DNA of 64,000 bases, taken from positions 128,001 through 192,000 of the forward strand of contig JBGUGD010000030.1 in NCBI GenBank assembly GCA_041697335.1, written 5' to 3'. A program made the translations under genes and the position numbers. Below, piece by piece: positions 11,101 through 23,784 of this stretch; within the stretch, counting starts at the first letter, position 1; each line of letters begins with the position of its first letter. This DNA comes from Vampirovibrionaceae bacterium NZW_1234 (GTDB lineage Bacteria; Cyanobacteriota; Vampirovibrionia; Vampirovibrionales; JAGQHJ01). Under the pieces are notes generated by a model, which worked only from the letters and a program-made list of their open reading frames with translations, did no database searches and was not told the origin of the DNA.

Positions 11101-11776
11101 TCCGGATGCTCTCCAGGGTGTCGCCAAAAAACTCCATCCGCACCGGGTCTCCGTTGACGGGATAGAGATCGAAAATATCGCCGCGACTGCTGAACTCGCC
11201 CGGTTCCAGAATGATGCTGGACTTTTGATAGCCCCGCTCCAGACATAACGCCGTCAGATCCTGGGGGGACAGGGTCTGGTTCACTGTCAGATGCAGTGCG
11301 TTTGCCTCTTGGGCCTCAACGGAAATGTGCTGAAGCAGCAGGCTTTTGGCCGCAAACAGATAAATCTTCGGCTCCTGGCGGGCCAGCTCCTGCCCCAGCA
11401 GGAAGTGCTGCTTCATGGTCTGGGCCAAGGGGTTGGACAGGTCGTAAGGTGAAAAATCTTCAGCCGGGTATTGGCTGACCTGGTAGCGCGGCAAGAGCTC
11501 AATCAAATCGCGATAATATCGCAGGCACTCTTGTGGATCCGAACACACCAGGATGATGGGGCACTGGTGATCCTGAAACAGCCCGGCCACGACGAGTGCT
11601 TTTAAGGCCGGATTGGCCAGATTCTCCAGATGCGTTTGAATCTGGGGGCGGTTCAGGCGAAATCGGCTCGAAAGCGATTGAAACACCTCGCTTGAGGCTT
11701 TGAATTTTTCTAAGAGCAGTTCACTGTTTCGAAGCGTGTCCTGGGCTTTGGTCGGGTTGGGTTTTTTCGTGCTCAT
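8138..11776 (-). CDS. mfd: Transcription-repair coupling factor
   Basis: CarD-like RID domain, [30 protein letters not shown]-terminus; ATG 11776 overlaps upstream stop (ATGA). Confidence 0.97.
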   Translation of the reverse strand: MSTKKPNPTKAQDTLRNSELLLEKFKASSEVFQSLSSRFRLNRPQIQTHLENLANPALKALVVAGLFQDHQCPIILVCSDPQECLRYYRDLIELLPRYQVSQYPAEDFSPYDLSNPLAQTMKQHFLLGQELARQEPKIYLFAAKSLLLQHISVEAQEANALHLTVNQTLSPQDLTALCLERGYQKSSIILEPGEFSSRGDIFDLYPVNGDPVRMEFFGDTLESIRIINIDTQRSIDAVDKVMAIPRHALLLSEDNKAKLIEAMHTHLEAQCKSLDPVDEEALRATVENQIQAMEQAFIPDGLDYYAPLIEPDFKPLVDMLPENSLVVFDDWVVTENHLRGYTDRLTRQLEEGIHKGRLLDLGFTYHLSTEEGLARLNQRMPKQLYLDSFPVMPEAENDPTKLTLTFHAPTNYKADLKEAAQALQNLRREQYQIFVTTDTPQRILDNCKEWDVPAIYITDDGISPSDLKNLNYDVLVAKQGLLEGFQLPAEKLIHFTDAELFGRRRKKLVISATSGTKRQDLETIKAIDELREGDYVVHQHHGIGRFVKLAQIQIDGEKREYLTIQYSGNDRLHVPADQVNLLSRYRGSGDTPPKLNKMGGIDWSKTKSKVQKSIRSIARELMELYAARSRSRGFQFEPDSPWQVELEESFPYTETPDQWQAILDVKADMESDKPMDRLICGDVGYGKTEVALRSIFKAVLSGKQVAVLVPTTILAQQHFNTLSDRFKPYPVRVGLLSRFRSPKEQKEVLDRLTLGECDVVVGTHRLLQRDVHFKDLGLVVVDEEQRFGVAHKEKLKQVRKEVDVLTLSATPIPRTLYMAMSGIRNLSLINTPPVNRSPIKTFVGPYNPAQVRMAILQEVDRGGQVYFVHNRVQTIYNKLNELQDLVPEVSFIVGHGQMNERDLETVMLDFAQKKHHVLLCTTIIESGLDIPNVNTIIVDRADRFGLSQLYQIRGRVGRSETQAYAYCYYNQDQILTQDAQERLRAIREFTTLGSGYQIAQRDLEIRGVGNVLGSEQHGHMVSVGFDLYCQMLDESIQELQGKVAETKEDAIIDLNVTAYIPDDWVGDKNVKLTEYKRLADIRTLRALDIIQAEWKDRFGDTPAPAQELVRLVKMRITATELNFSMIREDSEFLRISVPFTLKEWMQFQSKLPPEIGNKARWVPAVTSREGSQPVLLIKRGLMTTQDQMTFLETFLEKMKVLTKEAAVTASNK

Positions 11777-12252
11777 GGCCGCCCTTCCCAACGGTGTCCG
11801 GGACATAAAGTGATTTTGCTGCCTGTGCCAAACTGAAGCCGTTTGCGAGTGCCGGCATTGAGTTCAACCACCATGTCGGCATCGACACCCGAGCTATAGA
11901 TCGGGCAGGTGTTTGCCGGTTGCCTGCAAGGGGGCGCCGAATCCACGGCCGAAACCAGCGTACCCTCTCGGAAAAAAAGCATATCCAACGGGATGCGGCA
12001 ATCTTTCATCCAGAAGGTTTGTACCGTGGGCTCGCCGATTAAAAACAACATCCCCTGGTTCTTGCCCAAGCGGCTTCGATGTTGAAGGCCCCGAGACTTT
12101 TGTTCAGCCGTCTTGGCCACTTCAACCTGGAAGGGGGTTTGATCAATTTGGATGCAGCTTTTGGCAAACGGCTCCATGGCAAAAAGCGGGGGTCCCGTTA
12201 GAGACCCCAGCAAAAAAGCTATTGTGAGTGCGCCTTTGAATGAGATCGTCAA
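11773..12252 (-). CDS. DUF192 family exported protein
   Basis: Signal peptide; VEVA..GL..R, GMLF, FWMKD, PLDMLF, VVELNAG motifs. Confidence 0.88.
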   Translation of the reverse strand: MTISFKGALTIAFLLGSLTGPPLFAMEPFAKSCIQIDQTPFQVEVAKTAEQKSRGLQHRSRLGKNQGMLFLIGEPTVQTFWMKDCRIPLDMLFFREGTLVSAVDSAPPCRQPANTCPIYSSGVDADMVVELNAGTRKRLQFGTGSKITLCPGHRWEGRP

Positions 12253-12258
12253 TACGCC

Positions 12259-13170
12259 CTACCTAAGTACTTCGACGGTAACTGGGGCTGTACCTGATGA
12301 TAACATACCAATGGCTTGTGCGGCACCTTTGGAAAGGTCAATGATACGCCCATGGGCATAGGGACCTCTATCCGTGATGCGCACAATGGCCGAGCGGCCC
12401 GTGCGATCGTTGGTGACCCGAACCCGTGTGTTAAAGGGCAGGGACTTGTGAGCGGCGGTCATCTCATGCATATTGAACCGTTCGCCATTGGCACAGCGAC
12501 GGCCGTGAAAGCCGGGGCCATACCAGGAGGCATACCCTTTGAGCATCGCTTTAACCTGCTCTTGGCCGGTTGTGTCGGCCTGACGCAATTGGCTTAAGGC
12601 CGGGGAGAAACCACGAGAAGCAATCCGAGAAGTATCCCGGCTTAACTCAGGGGCTCCCAGAGACGTTCTCAGCAAGTTGGTCCAGATAAAGGCCAGGCGT
12701 TTCTGGCTTAACCCGGCCTGCTTGGCCGTCTGTTCATCGACGGTAATCAGAACCGTCTGTCCGGTTCGGATGACAATTTGATTGTCTTCTTCACCCGGTT
12801 TAATGTCTCGGGGGCTGCCGCCATTGGCTAAATAGGCTTGCAAACGACGCTCAGCATTCAAGACCCGGGCTTGGGCAGAATAACCACCCAGCGGGCTGCG
12901 CACTTTCAAAACTTCTGTTCCGTTCACCAGCAAGCTGGCGGTTCCCGGGTCAAACTTATGGGCCAAAGCAATGCCGGACTGCTGTTCCGAAGCAATATCT
13001 GCCATCGGCACAGCTGTACTTGCGATTTTTAAATCCGACTGATCTTGCCTTACTCCCTCTTCCGACCAGGTGTTGGGGGTGATCATGGTGCTCAGGGAGA
13101 CCACGACGCTACAGATAAGAATTGAGATGTGACACTGTGTTTGTTTTCGGAACAAATCCAGTTCCTCCAT
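12259..13170 (-). CDS. rlpA: Septal ring lytic transglycosylase RlpA family protein
   Basis: C-terminal DPBB domain [29 protein letters not shown]. Confidence 0.9.
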   Translation of the reverse strand: MEELDLFRKQTQCHISILICSVVVSLSTMITPNTWSEEGVRQDQSDLKIASTAVPMADIASEQQSGIALAHKFDPGTASLLVNGTEVLKVRSPLGGYSAQARVLNAERRLQAYLANGGSPRDIKPGEEDNQIVIRTGQTVLITVDEQTAKQAGLSQKRLAFIWTNLLRTSLGAPELSRDTSRIASRGFSPALSQLRQADTTGQEQVKAMLKGYASWYGPGFHGRRCANGERFNMHEMTAAHKSLPFNTRVRVTNDRTGRSAIVRITDRGPYAHGRIIDLSKGAAQAIGMLSSGTAPVTVEVLR

Positions 13171-13546
13171 CTTGGTGGAGCCATGGTGTCACAATCCTGA
13201 CAAATTCAACAAGAATGAATTTGGTAATTCTCAGAGTTTACCGGGGGATTGTTACAAAACTTTAAGATAAAAATCATTTGTCACGATCATCGGTATCTGA
13301 ACCATATTGAAGTGAGGTCATGAGTTGTAATATCTTGGATATCTACTTTTACATTTCGTCATAATCCACGTGTGGGGCCCTAAGGGATGTGTATTGTTGG
13401 TTGTCCCTTTGGTCTGGACCTGCTGCAGGTGAGATGAGGCCCCGGTTATGGAAGTTCCTTTGTTTGGTCGATCAAACGGGAGGTGGACTCCCGCTATACT
13501 GAAATCAGGTGAGAAGGGGTCATGAACACAGAGGATTGAGAGCAGT

Positions 13547-15340
13547 ATGGCATTATCGTTTGGTGGCATCAGTTCCGGGCTTCCGGTGAATGACATTATC
13601 CGTCAGCTTATGGCCATAGAGCGTCGGCCTATAACGTTATTGAATCAGCGAAAAGACAGGATTGCTACCCAACAGTCACAGTACACAGCCGTTTCGAGTC
13701 GGACCAGCGCGCTTCGGGATTCCTTGAACAAGCTGACCGATGCCAATCTCGGCACCTCCTTTGATCTCTTTCAGGCCCGTAGAGCCGCCAGTTCAGATGC
13801 GACAAGAGCAACCGTGTCGGTAACCAACGGGGCCTCAGAAGGCAGCTTTACCCTGGATGTTCTGCAACTGGCCACTGCCACCAAGGCTGCAAGCACTACT
13901 GAAATTGGGGCAAAAACCACTAGCACGGCGAATCTGGCCAATGTTGCCAAGGGAGCCATTACCTCCGGCAATTTCACGGTATTTATCAATAATCAGGCTC
14001 GCACGATTTCTGTGACCGTCGATAAAACCTCGGGAGATACGATGCAGGCGGTCATTGATCGGGTTGCCAATGAAATAGCTACCGTCACCGGGGCTGCAGC
14101 CACTGGGACGGTTAATGCCAGTGGGCAAGTGGAGCTTTCATACCAGGCGGGCACTACAATCCGCTTTGGGGCCGCAACAGATACCTCGAATTTCGCCCAA
14201 GTCACGCATATGTTAACCGGAACCAGTAATTCCCCGACCGATGACACGTTTACGGCACAGTACGGGACATCTACCATTGATGTGAACGGGAAGCTTATTG
14301 GGAATGCGGTCGGCTTGCAAACCAATACCATTGCTGCGGGCACGTTTAAGATTGGCACCAAGCAGTTCACGATTGATGCCAACACAACGTTGGCAGGGAT
14401 CATCAGTCAGATTAACGGGAGTCCCGAGGCCGGGGTTCTGGTCAGCTACAATGTCAATACCAATAAGCTTGAAATGGTGTCCAAAACCACCGGGAATCAG
14501 GCTATCTTTATGGAGGATAATGGCACCAATTTCTTGACCAGTGTGGGATTGGTGTCTGGGACGAACAGTTTCAGCAGTCAGACGCTGGGGCAAAATGCCC
14601 AAATCAAGATCAATGGCGGCAATACCTTATCCAGTACCTCCAATGCCATCAGTTCCGCCGTCAGTGGCTTGTCGGGGGTCACCCTGAACCTGGTGAAGCA
14701 AACCGATGTCGGATCGCCGATTACCATTACCATCAACAACGATACCACCGCTGCCAAAGATGCCTTAAAGGACATTTTGAATCGGTTTAATACCTTGATC
14801 GGGTTTATTGATGAACAAACGAAAAAAGGCGCCGTGTTGTCCGGGGAAAACCGGTTGACCAGCTTTCGCAATGAGATCCGTCGAACAATTACGACCCAAT
14901 CCACTGTTCCTGGATTGACCACCTATAAGACGCTGTCTCAAATCGGCATTACCAGCGGCAACGTGAATTCAAACTTTGCTCAAGGATCGGTTTCCAAGAC
15001 CTTTAGTATGACCGATGCCGATTTTGATGCCGCCTTTGCAGCCAATCCCGATGAGGTGAAAAAGCTGTTGATTGGGGATGGGACCAACGCCGGGATTATC
15101 AGTACCATGAAAAGTCAAATCAATGCGGCCTTGGATCCCGAATTTGGGATATTCTCGTCCCGAGATACCTCGGCAAACAATCAAATCAAGGCCATCAATG
15201 ATGCCATTGCCCGTCAGCAACAACTACTGGAAGCCAAAGAAGCCTTGCTCAGAAAGCAGTTCAATACCATGGATCAGATGATCAGCCAGTTTCGATCCCA
15301 GCAAAGCTACATCGGGTCCTTAGGGGCCAGTCAATTCTAA
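13547..15340 (+). CDS. fliD: Flagellar filament cap protein
   Basis: N-terminus GISSGLPVNDIIRQLMAIERRP, VLQLATA, GQNA..ING, C-terminus LRKQFNTMDQMISQF. Confidence 0.92.
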   Translation: MALSFGGISSGLPVNDIIRQLMAIERRPITLLNQRKDRIATQQSQYTAVSSRTSALRDSLNKLTDANLGTSFDLFQARRAASSDATRATVSVTNGASEGSFTLDVLQLATATKAASTTEIGAKTTSTANLANVAKGAITSGNFTVFINNQARTISVTVDKTSGDTMQAVIDRVANEIATVTGAAATGTVNASGQVELSYQAGTTIRFGAATDTSNFAQVTHMLTGTSNSPTDDTFTAQYGTSTIDVNGKLIGNAVGLQTNTIAAGTFKIGTKQFTIDANTTLAGIISQINGSPEAGVLVSYNVNTNKLEMVSKTTGNQAIFMEDNGTNFLTSVGLVSGTNSFSSQTLGQNAQIKINGGNTLSSTSNAISSAVSGLSGVTLNLVKQTDVGSPITITINNDTTAAKDALKDILNRFNTLIGFIDEQTKKGAVLSGENRLTSFRNEIRRTITTQSTVPGLTTYKTLSQIGITSGNVNSNFAQGSVSKTFSMTDADFDAAFAANPDEVKKLLIGDGTNAGIISTMKSQINAALDPEFGIFSSRDTSANNQIKAINDAIARQQQLLEAKEALLRKQFNTMDQMISQFRSQQSYIGSLGASQF

Positions 15341-15357
15341 TGGGCGCCCGCCTTCTT

Positions 15358-17025
15358 TTAGGAATTTGGGGTTGTAATGGGAGCACTGTTTGGAAACAGC
15401 GGGGCGGTTTTGTAACGACGCTCCACGGCCGCCGCCATCAGGCCTTTAAATAGCGGGTGTGCATTGTCCGGGCGAGACAGAAACTCGGGGTGGAATTGAC
15501 AGGCCACGAACCACGGATGGTTTGCTAACTCGATAATTTCCACGAGCTTGCGATCCGGGGAGGTGCCGGAGAAGATTAAGCCGGCATCGGCCAGAATCTG
15601 GCGGTAATCGTTGTTGACTTCGTAGCGGTGACGGTGGCGTTCTTGAATCACATCGGCATCGTAGACCTGGTGAGCTTTGGTGCCTTTGACCAAGTGGCAA
15701 GGGTATTGGCCCAGACGCATGGTACCGCCTTTGTCGGCCACATCTTTCTGGTCATCCATCAGGCCAATCACGGACTGATCGGAATCGGGCTCAAATTCGA
15801 CGCTGTTGGCCCGGGTGAGTTGGGCCACGTTGCGGGCATATTCAATCACGGCACACTGCATCCCCAGGCACAGGCCGAGGAAGGGAATGTGATGTTCCCG
15901 GGCATAGCGAATGACGTTGATCTTGCCTTCAATCCCGCGAGAGCCAAAGCCGCCTGGAATGATCAACCCGTCAACATCCTGCAGGAAGGCTTCTGCCGTC
16001 TCCATATCTTCGCAATCTTCGGAGTTGATCCATTTGATTTCGACGGCCGCATCGGCCCAGGCCGCCGCATGCTTCATGGCTTCGATGACGGACAGGTAGG
16101 CATCGGAGAGATCGGTATATTTTCCGGCCAGGGCCACTTTAATGGTCTTGGACGGGTGCTTCAGGGCCTCAACCGTCTTTTTCCATGCATCCAACTGAGG
16201 CGGGGTGTTTTCAATCCCCAACCGGGACAGCACTTCTCGCGCCAGCCCTTCTTTTTCCAGAGCCAAGGGGACTTCATACAGGCACTCTTGATCCAGACAT
16301 TGAATGACGGCTTCGGGATCCACGTTGGTGAATTGGGCCAGCTTCAGGCGTTCGCCTTCGCTCAAAACTTTTTCGGTCCGGCAGACCAGGATGTCGGCTT
16401 GAATCCCCACGTTGCGTAGGGCGTTCACACTGTGCTGAGAGGGTTTGGTTTTGACTTCACCGGAGGTCTTCAGGTAAGGGACCAGGGTCACGTGGATAAA
16501 GCAGGTATTTTTAAAGCCCACATCGTAGCGGAACTGGCGGACGGCTTCGATAAAGGGCAGGCCCTCAATGTCGCCGATGGTGCCGCCGATTTCGCAGATG
16601 AGAAAGTCGGGGGCCAGCTTGTTGGCGGCTTCATGGATTTTGCTTTTGATTTCATCCGTGACGTGGGGGATGGTCTGCACCGTGGAGCCCAGGTAATCGC
16701 CCCGACGTTCTTTGGAAATGACATTCAGATAGATACGCCCGGCCGTGACGTTGTTGATGCTGGTCAGGTTGGTGTCGATAAACCGCTCGTAATGGCCTAA
16801 ATCCAGGTCGGTCTCAGCGCCATCGTTGGTCACGAAGACTTCACCATGCTGAAAAGGGCTCATGGTCCCAGGATCCACGTTGATGTAGGGATCAAATTTT
16901 TGAATGCTGACCGTATAACCCCGGCTTCGCAGCAGGCGGCCCAGGGAAGCGGCCACAATGCCTTTTCCCAAAGAGCTGACAACACCGCCGGTAATAAAGA
17001 TGTACTTGGTGGAATGGCGCATCAT
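15358..17025 (-). CDS. pyrG: CTP synthase
   Basis: [24 protein letters not shown], glutaminase triad GLCLGMQ and FHPEF. Confidence 0.98.
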   Translation of the reverse strand: MMRHSTKYIFITGGVVSSLGKGIVAASLGRLLRSRGYTVSIQKFDPYINVDPGTMSPFQHGEVFVTNDGAETDLDLGHYERFIDTNLTSINNVTAGRIYLNVISKERRGDYLGSTVQTIPHVTDEIKSKIHEAANKLAPDFLICEIGGTIGDIEGLPFIEAVRQFRYDVGFKNTCFIHVTLVPYLKTSGEVKTKPSQHSVNALRNVGIQADILVCRTEKVLSEGERLKLAQFTNVDPEAVIQCLDQECLYEVPLALEKEGLAREVLSRLGIENTPPQLDAWKKTVEALKHPSKTIKVALAGKYTDLSDAYLSVIEAMKHAAAWADAAVEIKWINSEDCEDMETAEAFLQDVDGLIIPGGFGSRGIEGKINVIRYAREHHIPFLGLCLGMQCAVIEYARNVAQLTRANSVEFEPDSDQSVIGLMDDQKDVADKGGTMRLGQYPCHLVKGTKAHQVYDADVIQERHRHRYEVNNDYRQILADAGLIFSGTSPDRKLVEIIELANHPWFVACQFHPEFLSRPDNAHPLFKGLMAAAVERRYKTAPLFPNSAPITTPNS

Positions 17026-17028
17026 GGT

Positions 17029-17319
17029 CTAGTTTCCTTCATCTAAAATCTGGGGCACCCGGAAAAATCCGTCCTCTTCTTGAGGCGCGTTGCTCAGAAG
17101 CACGTCTCGGTCCATGGGTTTGGCAACTTCATCCGGACGGTACAAGGTGGCTTCACCGGCCATGGCAGCCAACGTGTCTGATGCCAGGTCCAGTTCATTG
17201 AGTTGGTCAACCAAGTCGAGAATTTTGCTGAGTTCTTTTGCGTATTGCTGGGTTTCTTCCGGAGTCAGGGCTAAGCGAGCCAGCTTGGCTACATGAGTTA
17301 CGGTTTCTTCGGTAATCAT
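17029..17319 (-). CDS. gatC: Asp/Glu-tRNA amidotransferase subunit C
   Basis: VAKLARL..., LLSNAP, FFRVPQIL; 96 aa. Confidence 0.93.
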   Translation of the reverse strand: MITEETVTHVAKLARLALTPEETQQYAKELSKILDLVDQLNELDLASDTLAAMAGEATLYRPDEVAKPMDRDVLLSNAPQEEDGFFRVPQILDEGN

Positions 17320-17430
17320 CGGGCGGGGTGCTCCAACGTCTCGGGCATGCTTACGTCAATTGTAGCTTCAATAAACCGGGTTTTAAAGGCCTCGTAACGA
17401 TCCGTTACGGGCGGTTACAAGGACCGAACA

Positions 17431-17616
17431 TTAGGAAATGCGGGCCATATCCGTCATATTCCGCGACGGAATGGAGGGGGTCTGGGCCAACAGATGCTTT
17501 AATCGCTCCCGGGTCATCGGAACACCGGTTTGGGAAAACGGGTGCTCTGCCGTGTTCATCCAGGAGGACGCAACCAAACGAAACAAACGGGTGAATAACC
17601 GTGTGAGTGAAAACAC
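17431..17616 (-). CDS. Possible small protein (61 aa)
   Basis: GTG start with AAAGGA 8 nt upstream; fills the aroQ-gatC gap on the same strand; no recognisable domain. Confidence 0.35.
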   Translation of the reverse strand: MFSLTRLFTRLFRLVASSWMNTAEHPFSQTGVPMTRERLKHLLAQTPSIPSRNMTDMARIS

Positions 17617-17744
17617 AAGAACGTTCCTTTAATCCACGACGAGGGGAGAACAACAGGTACGGTATAACGATACCATAAAGATACGGATTTCAATAGGTTT
17701 TTAAATTTGAATGAAGATTGTAATATGCCCGGCCGATCTTCCGA

Positions 17745-18200
17745 TTAGTCGTCCAAATGGTTGACGAGCCAGAGTAAGGCCAGGCGATAGCTGTCGATGC
17801 CAAAACCACTGATGGATCCGGTGGCCACTGCCGAGATGAGCGACTCCGCACGAAAGCTTTCGCGATTGTGGATATTGGAGAGGTGAACCTCGACAATCGG
17901 GTTGGGGTAAACGGCAAGGGCATCTCGAATGGCCACGCTGGTGTGGGTATAACCGCCTGGGTTGATGATGAGTCCGTCGGTCGTGTCGATGGCCTTGTGG
18001 ATCTCATCGATGAGGACGCCCTCGTGGTTGGACTGCACGCACTGGAGCGTGATGTTGTGGCGCTCGGCAATGTGCTTCAGCATCTCGTTGACATCGGTCA
18101 AGGTATCCGTGCCATAGATGTCCGGCTCACGCTTGCCCAGGAGGTTGAGGTTGGGACCATGGAGGACCAGAAGGTTGGCAGGTTTGGGTTTATCCGGCAT
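17745..18200 (-). CDS. aroQ: Type II 3-dehydroquinate dehydratase
   Basis: [44 protein letters not shown]. Confidence 0.97.
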   Translation of the reverse strand: MPDKPKPANLLVLHGPNLNLLGKREPDIYGTDTLTDVNEMLKHIAERHNITLQCVQSNHEGVLIDEIHKAIDTTDGLIINPGGYTHTSVAIRDALAVYPNPIVEVHLSNIHNRESFRAESLISAVATGSISGFGIDSYRLALLWLVNHLDD

Positions 18201-19315
18201 GAGAAGCGCTCTCCAGTTGCGTTTGTCTTAAGTAGCTTTCAATAAAGGGATTTAGCTCCCCGTCCATCACGCCGCTGACGTCGGCTGTTTCCGTATTGGT
18301 CCGGTGATCCTTGACCATGGTATAGGGATGAAACACATAGGAGCGAATTTGGCTGCCGAAGTTGATGTCCATGACGGCGCCTTTGATGGCGGCCATTTTT
18401 TCTTCATGGGCGGCAATTTTCAGGGCCAGGAGTTTGGACTTCAAGAGGCGAAGGGCAATCTCCCGGTTCTGAAGCTGGCTGCGCTCTTTTTGACATTTGA
18501 CCACAATGCCCGTGGGCTTGTGCAGGATGCGCACGGCTGTTTCCACCTTGTTGACGTTCTGGCCGCCTGCGCCACCACTTCGCATGGTATCGATTTCAAG
18601 GTCATCGGGCGGGATGTCGATGTCGGTATCGAGGGCTTGCAACATGGGGCTGACCTCGACAGAGGCAAAGCTGGTCTGGCGCTTGCCGCTCGCGTTAAAG
18701 GGAGAAATCCGGACCAGGCGGTGAACGCCTTTTTCTGCTTTGGCATAGCCGTAGGCATACGCCCCGGTCAATTGAATGGTAGCGCTTTTAATCCCGGCTT
18801 CTTCGCCTTCCGACGTGTCCAGGAGCTCGACCTTGTATTGGTGCTGTTCGCCCCAGCGCATATACATTCTCAGAAGCATTTCGGCCCAGTCCTGAGCATC
18901 CGTGCCGCCAGCCCCGGCGTTGATGGTGAGAATGGCATCGGAGGCATCGTATTCACCACTCAGCAGGTTTTGAAGCTCCCATTGGTCCAAGGCCTTTTCC
19001 AGCTGGCGCAGACTTTGGGCCACTTCGGGGATAACGGAGTCGTCCTGGGCTTCCTGGCCCATGTCAATGAGGACCTGGGCATCCTCCAGGGTTTGCTGCC
19101 AGCCCTGGGCCAGATCGCGTTTGTTCTTGAGGGCGGTCAGTTGCTGGAGAATCTGTTGTGCCTGATCCGGCTGATCCCAAAACGTGGGGGCCAGCGAGGC
19201 TGCTTCTAACTCGGCAATTTTGGCCTCGTTCTGAGGGGTGTCAAAGAAACCCCCGGGCATCAGCCACACGTGAGAGAAGGGTTTCGACTTGGCGTTGGAG
19301 ATCGGAAAAGTCCAT
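18190..19315 (-). CDS. prfB: Peptide chain release factor 2 with programmed +1 frameshift
   Basis: SPF and GGQ motifs; ATG at 19315 reads 24 codons ([24 protein letters not shown]) to CTT-TGA-C at 19246-19240, then continues in the +1 frame. Confidence 0.97.
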
Positions 19316-19555
19316 AGCGGGTATCGCCGTGTTGGGTTTTGGGTCGAAAGAGGGAATGCCTCCTGTTCTTAGTTAACCACAAAGACGTGGATTTGTCCGC
19401 GGGAAGACCCCGTGGCAGGCCGGTCGACCAATCGCCTGATTTGGACAACTGTGGTATCGTGAGTGGTATCGTGGCCGGGGAGTGGGTACCATTTTGGCCC
19501 CAGCCCTCGCGGTGGTCCCGTGTGGTTTGTGATTGTTTTTGAGGAGGTCTCTGGT

Positions 19556-21874
19556 ATGTCAGACGCCTTGGTGCCGTTATCTGTGGCCTTTGTGTGGCAC
19601 ATGCATCAGCCCGAGTATAAGGATAACCTGACCGGGGAGTACCTAATGCCCTGGGTACGCTTGCATGCGGTCAAAGACTACCTGGATATGGTCCTGATTC
19701 TCGAAGAATACCCGCGTATCCGGCAGACCTTCAACCTGGTGCCCTCGTTAATCGATCAGTTGGAAGATTACACTCGCCCTGAAACCCGGGACCGCCATAT
19801 GTCGGTGATGCTCAAGGACCTCTTGACCGATGAGGATCGGTTGTTCATCTGCCAGCGCTTCTTTGATGCGGCCCATCACACCATGATTGCCCGTAGCCCC
19901 TACTACATGGAGCTCCTCCATCGGCGTCAGCAGATTCAATGGGAAGAACCGGATTTGACCCTGTTTAGTGACCAGGAGTACTTTGACATTACTGCCTTGT
20001 TCCATCTGGTCTGGACCGACCCGCTCTGGTTTGAGCGTATGCCCGAGCTTCAGGCTTTGTGGAAGCAAGGGGCTCACTATACCCTGGCCCAGCGTCAACA
20101 GATTCTGGAGATTCATCGCCAGATCATCTGCCAGGTTCTTCCGACGTATCGGGCATTTCAGGAGAAGGGACAAATTGAGGTCACCACGACCCCCTATTAT
20201 CACCCCATTTTGCCGTTGCTCTTCAATTCCGACTCGGCCCGAGTGGCCATGCCGGAGGCGGTTTTACCGGAAGAGTCCTTCCAGTACCCGGAGGATGCCA
20301 CTTATCATGTGCGGGCGGCTCGTGAGCGTTACGAGGCCCTGTTTGGGCGTCCGGCCTGTGGGGTTTGGCCGGCGGAGCAGTCCATTAGTCCCGATGCGGC
20401 TCTGTTGTTAAAGCAGGAAGGCTTTGGCTGGGCCGTGAGCAGCGAGGGCAACCTGGCTCGAAGCCTGGATATTCGCTTTGACAAGGACCCCTATGGCAAC
20501 ATCATCAATGTCGAAACCTTGTGTCAGCCTTACCAGTATGCCGGGCTCACTTTTTTGTTCCGTAACCTGACGCTGTCGGATCTCATTGGCTTTCACTACG
20601 CCAGTATGCCCCCGGAGCAGGCGGCCGATGACCTGGTGCATCGCCTGAAGCTGATTCAAAAGCGCTGCACCCAGATGGGCGTTGCTCGGCCTATTGTGAC
20701 CATTGCCCTGGATGGGGAGAATTGCTGGGAAGGCTTTCAGAACGATGGGCATGCCTTTTTGAACGCCCTGTATGCCAAGCTCTCCGCGGATGCCACTTTG
20801 GATGTCTGTCGGGTCCAGGATTACCTGGCCTCAATTACGCCAGAGGCCATTCAGCCCTTGTCAAAGCTGCATTCGGGCTCCTGGATCAACAGTGACTTTC
20901 ACATCTGGATTGGCGATCCCGTCAAGAATGCGGCCTGGATGCACTTAAAGCGTACCCGAGCGGATCTGGTCCACCTGACCGAAACCGGCCACTACCAACC
21001 CGAGATCCTGGCGCAGGCCTGGAAGGAGATCTACATTGCCGAGGGCAGTGACTGGTTCTGGTGGTATGGCGAGCCCCATAACTCAGGGCAGGACGATGTC
21101 TTTGATATGCAGTTCCGGCGGCATCTGGCCAATGTCTACCGGCTTTTGGATATGGAGATACCCAACTTCCTGGATATCCCGCTGACCGTCACCATGGGGC
21201 GTCCGGTGGCCACAGCGCAAGGGCCGATTCAACCCTGCCTGGACGGTCTTCAGCAGTCCCAGGCGGATTGGGATCTGGCTGGCTGTTTCGATCTGGTCCA
21301 TGGGGCCATGCACCGGGGCACCCGGATCCTGAAGAAGGTCTACTTCGGCAGCGATCATCAGCGCCTGTACCTGCGCTTTATCGTCAACACCGAGGCTGTT
21401 TCACCCTATCATGAGGTCTATCTCTACTTCTGTACGCCGGGCAAGACCCGCCATAACTCGCCCATCCGAATGAAGAGCCTGAGCGGGCATACGGCGGCCA
21501 CCCAGCGGTTTCACTATGCCTATGAGATTCAACTGGGCCCCTTGCTGCCCAATCAGTTAAGTGTGACCGCGGCCGAAGCCATGGCGGATCACCTGTGGTT
21601 TCAGCGAAGCGATTTGCAGTGCGAGGCCGTCATGGGCGATGTGCTGGATGTGGCCATTCCCCTGGACAAGCTCAACACCCACGCCGAAGACTACATTCAA
21701 TTCTCGGTGGCCCTGGTGCAAGGGGGCGTTATTGAAGAGTTTCAGCCGGAGACCTTTGTCTTGTCCCTCAAACGCTATTGTGAAGCCGAGGTGACCCAGG
21801 AGCTGGATGAGCCAACCGCCTGCGCCTCTGCCTTGAGTGATCAGCCGTTTCTGGGTTCCGGTCACGCCGGTTAG
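19556..21874 (+). CDS. Glycoside hydrolase family 57 (amylopullulanase/alpha-amylase type)
   Basis: [46 protein letters not shown] at 19541. Confidence 0.93.
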   Translation: MSDALVPLSVAFVWHMHQPEYKDNLTGEYLMPWVRLHAVKDYLDMVLILEEYPRIRQTFNLVPSLIDQLEDYTRPETRDRHMSVMLKDLLTDEDRLFICQRFFDAAHHTMIARSPYYMELLHRRQQIQWEEPDLTLFSDQEYFDITALFHLVWTDPLWFERMPELQALWKQGAHYTLAQRQQILEIHRQIICQVLPTYRAFQEKGQIEVTTTPYYHPILPLLFNSDSARVAMPEAVLPEESFQYPEDATYHVRAARERYEALFGRPACGVWPAEQSISPDAALLLKQEGFGWAVSSEGNLARSLDIRFDKDPYGNIINVETLCQPYQYAGLTFLFRNLTLSDLIGFHYASMPPEQAADDLVHRLKLIQKRCTQMGVARPIVTIALDGENCWEGFQNDGHAFLNALYAKLSADATLDVCRVQDYLASITPEAIQPLSKLHSGSWINSDFHIWIGDPVKNAAWMHLKRTRADLVHLTETGHYQPEILAQAWKEIYIAEGSDWFWWYGEPHNSGQDDVFDMQFRRHLANVYRLLDMEIPNFLDIPLTVTMGRPVATAQGPIQPCLDGLQQSQADWDLAGCFDLVHGAMHRGTRILKKVYFGSDHQRLYLRFIVNTEAVSPYHEVYLYFCTPGKTRHNSPIRMKSLSGHTAATQRFHYAYEIQLGPLLPNQLSVTAAEAMADHLWFQRSDLQCEAVMGDVLDVAIPLDKLNTHAEDYIQFSVALVQGGVIEEFQPETFVLSLKRYCEAEVTQELDEPTACASALSDQPFLGSGHAG

Positions 21875-23784
21875 CGAACGGCCTCAGGCTCAGGTGTCTC
21901 GGTGGATGCCGGGGTGCTTCGCTTGCGTTGGGCCAGGACGATTTGAATGACTGAGATATCTGCGGGCGTGATGCCGGGGATGCGCATGGCTTGGGCCAAG
22001 GTGTCGGGCTTGATTTTGGCCAGCTTCTCCCGGCCTTCGTTGGAGAGCTGGGCAATGGCAGTGTAGTCTAAATCGGCAGGCAGTTTGACCTTGTGGGCGT
22101 CGGCCAGGCGGGCGACACTTTTGGCCTGCTTGTCGATATAGCCCTGGTACTTGATTTCGGTCTCGACGTAGAGGGCCACGTCCGCCGGGACGTCTTGAAG
22201 TGCGGGGGCAATCTGACCCATCATGGCAAAACTGACCTGGGGGCGAAGCAGAAGATCATGGACGCTGGTGCGCTCTTTCAGGGGGACGACCCCAGCGGCT
22301 TCCAGGACCGGATTGACATCGGTCAAGGCCGGTTTCGTGGTTTTTAAGGTCTCAAAGAGGGCTTCAACCCGTTGGGATTTGGCTTCAAAGACGGCCCAGC
22401 GCTCGGCATCGACCAGGCCAATCTCTCGGCCCAGTGGGGTGAGACGCACATCGGCATTGTCCTGGCGCAGCAGGAGGCGGTATTCGCTTCGGCTGGTCAG
22501 CATGCGGTAGGGCTCCCGGATCTCTTTGGTGACGAGATCATCGATGAGCGTCCCGATGTAGGAGGATTCCCGGGGCAGGACAAAGGGATCCTGCTTGCCC
22601 GCAAAGCGTGCGGCATTGATGCCTGCCATCAGGCCTTGGGCCGCCGCTTCTTCGTAGCCGCTGGTGCCGTTGATTTGACCGGCGAGAAACAGGCCGGGCA
22701 GGGTTTTGGCCATCAGATCCGGATGCAGCTGGTAGGCCGGGAAGTAGTCGTATTCGACAGCACAGGCCGGGCGGATGAGGCTCACGTTCTCCAGGCCGGG
22801 CAGGGTTTTGAGCATGGCCATCTGGACATCGATGGGCAGGCTTGAGGAGAAGCCCTGGAGGTACATCTCGTAGCTGTCCCGGCTTTCGGGTTCAATAAAG
22901 AGATGGTGGCTGTCCTTGTCGGCAAAGCGGACGACCTTGTCCTCAATGGAGGGGCAATAGCGGGGGCCGCTGCCTTCGATCATGCCCTGAAACATGGGTG
23001 AGCGGTGCATGTTCTCATGGATCAGCTGGTGGGTGGCTTCGGTGGTGCGGGTCATATAGCACGGCAGCTGCTCACGTACCGGGCGGTCGGGCAGGAAGGA
23101 AAAGAAGGTCGGATGCTCATCGCCCGGGTGAACCGGCAAGTGGGTATAGTCAATGGTTCTGCCGTCGATGCGGGGTGGGGTGCCGGTTTTCAGACGCCCG
23201 GTTTCCAGGCCCAGCTCAATGAGGCTTGCGGTAATGCCGGTAGAGGCCGATTCGCCAGGACGGCCGCCGGAGAAGCATTTTTCGCCGACAAAGAGCTTGC
23301 CGTTCAGGAAGGTCCCGGTGGTGAGGACCACGGCCTTACAGGGGTAGAGAATGCCAAAGCTGTCTTCCACACCGGTGACTTCTCGGGTCACCGGGTCGGT
23401 GACCACACGCACGGCCATGGTTTGGCGCAGGCTGAGGTTGGGTTCGCTCTCCACCAGCTTGCGGGCAAAGACCTTGTACTCGGTCTTGTCGGACTGGGCT
23501 CGAAGGGCCTGGACCGCGGGGCCCTTGCTCTGGTTCAGGGTCTTGAGCTGCAGGTAGGTGGCATCGGCACAGATGCCCATAACACCGCCTAAGGCATCGA
23601 TTTCTCGAACCAATTGGCTCTTGGCCGGGCCTCCGATGGCGGGGTTACAGCTCATTTGGCCTATGGTTTCAAGGCTCATGCACATCAGCAGGGTTTGGCA
23701 ACCCAGACGGGCTGCTGCCATGGCGGCTTCGATGCCGGCGTGGCCGCCGCCGACCACGATGATATCGTGAGATTTCTCAATCAT
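21871..23784 (-). CDS. mnmG: tRNA uridine 5-carboxymethylaminomethyl modification enzyme (GidA)
   Basis: [52 protein letters not shown]. Confidence 0.98.
   Translation of the reverse strand: MIEKSHDIIVVGGGHAGIEAAMAAARLGCQTLLMCMSLETIGQMSCNPAIGGPAKSQLVREIDALGGVMGICADATYLQLKTLNQSKGPAVQALRAQSDKTEYKVFARKLVESEPNLSLRQTMAVRVVTDPVTREVTGVEDSFGILYPCKAVVLTTGTFLNGKLFVGEKCFSGGRPGESASTGITASLIELGLETGRLKTGTPPRIDGRTIDYTHLPVHPGDEHPTFFSFLPDRPVREQLPCYMTRTTEATHQLIHENMHRSPMFQGMIEGSGPRYCPSIEDKVVRFADKDSHHLFIEPESRDSYEMYLQGFSSSLPIDVQMAMLKTLPGLENVSLIRPACAVEYDYFPAYQLHPDLMAKTLPGLFLAGQINGTSGYEEAAAQGLMAGINAARFAGKQDPFVLPRESSYIGTLIDDLVTKEIREPYRMLTSRSEYRLLLRQDNADVRLTPLGREIGLVDAERWAVFEAKSQRVEALFETLKTTKPALTDVNPVLEAAGVVPLKERTSVHDLLLRPQVSFAMMGQIAPALQDVPADVALYVETEIKYQGYIDKQAKSVARLADAHKVKLPADLDYTAIAQLSNEGREKLAKIKPDTLAQAMRIPGITPADISVIQIVLAQRKRSTPASTETPEPEAVR

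Noticed and set aside
18304..19209. Long antisense ORFs (e.g. 301 aa opposite prfB; also opposite pyrG, mfd, the TPR gene and mlaD)
   Set aside because: Shadow frames of well-supported genes, caused by codon bias.
19240..19246. prfB as a pseudogene because of the in-frame TGA
   Set aside because: It is the canonical programmed frameshift site.
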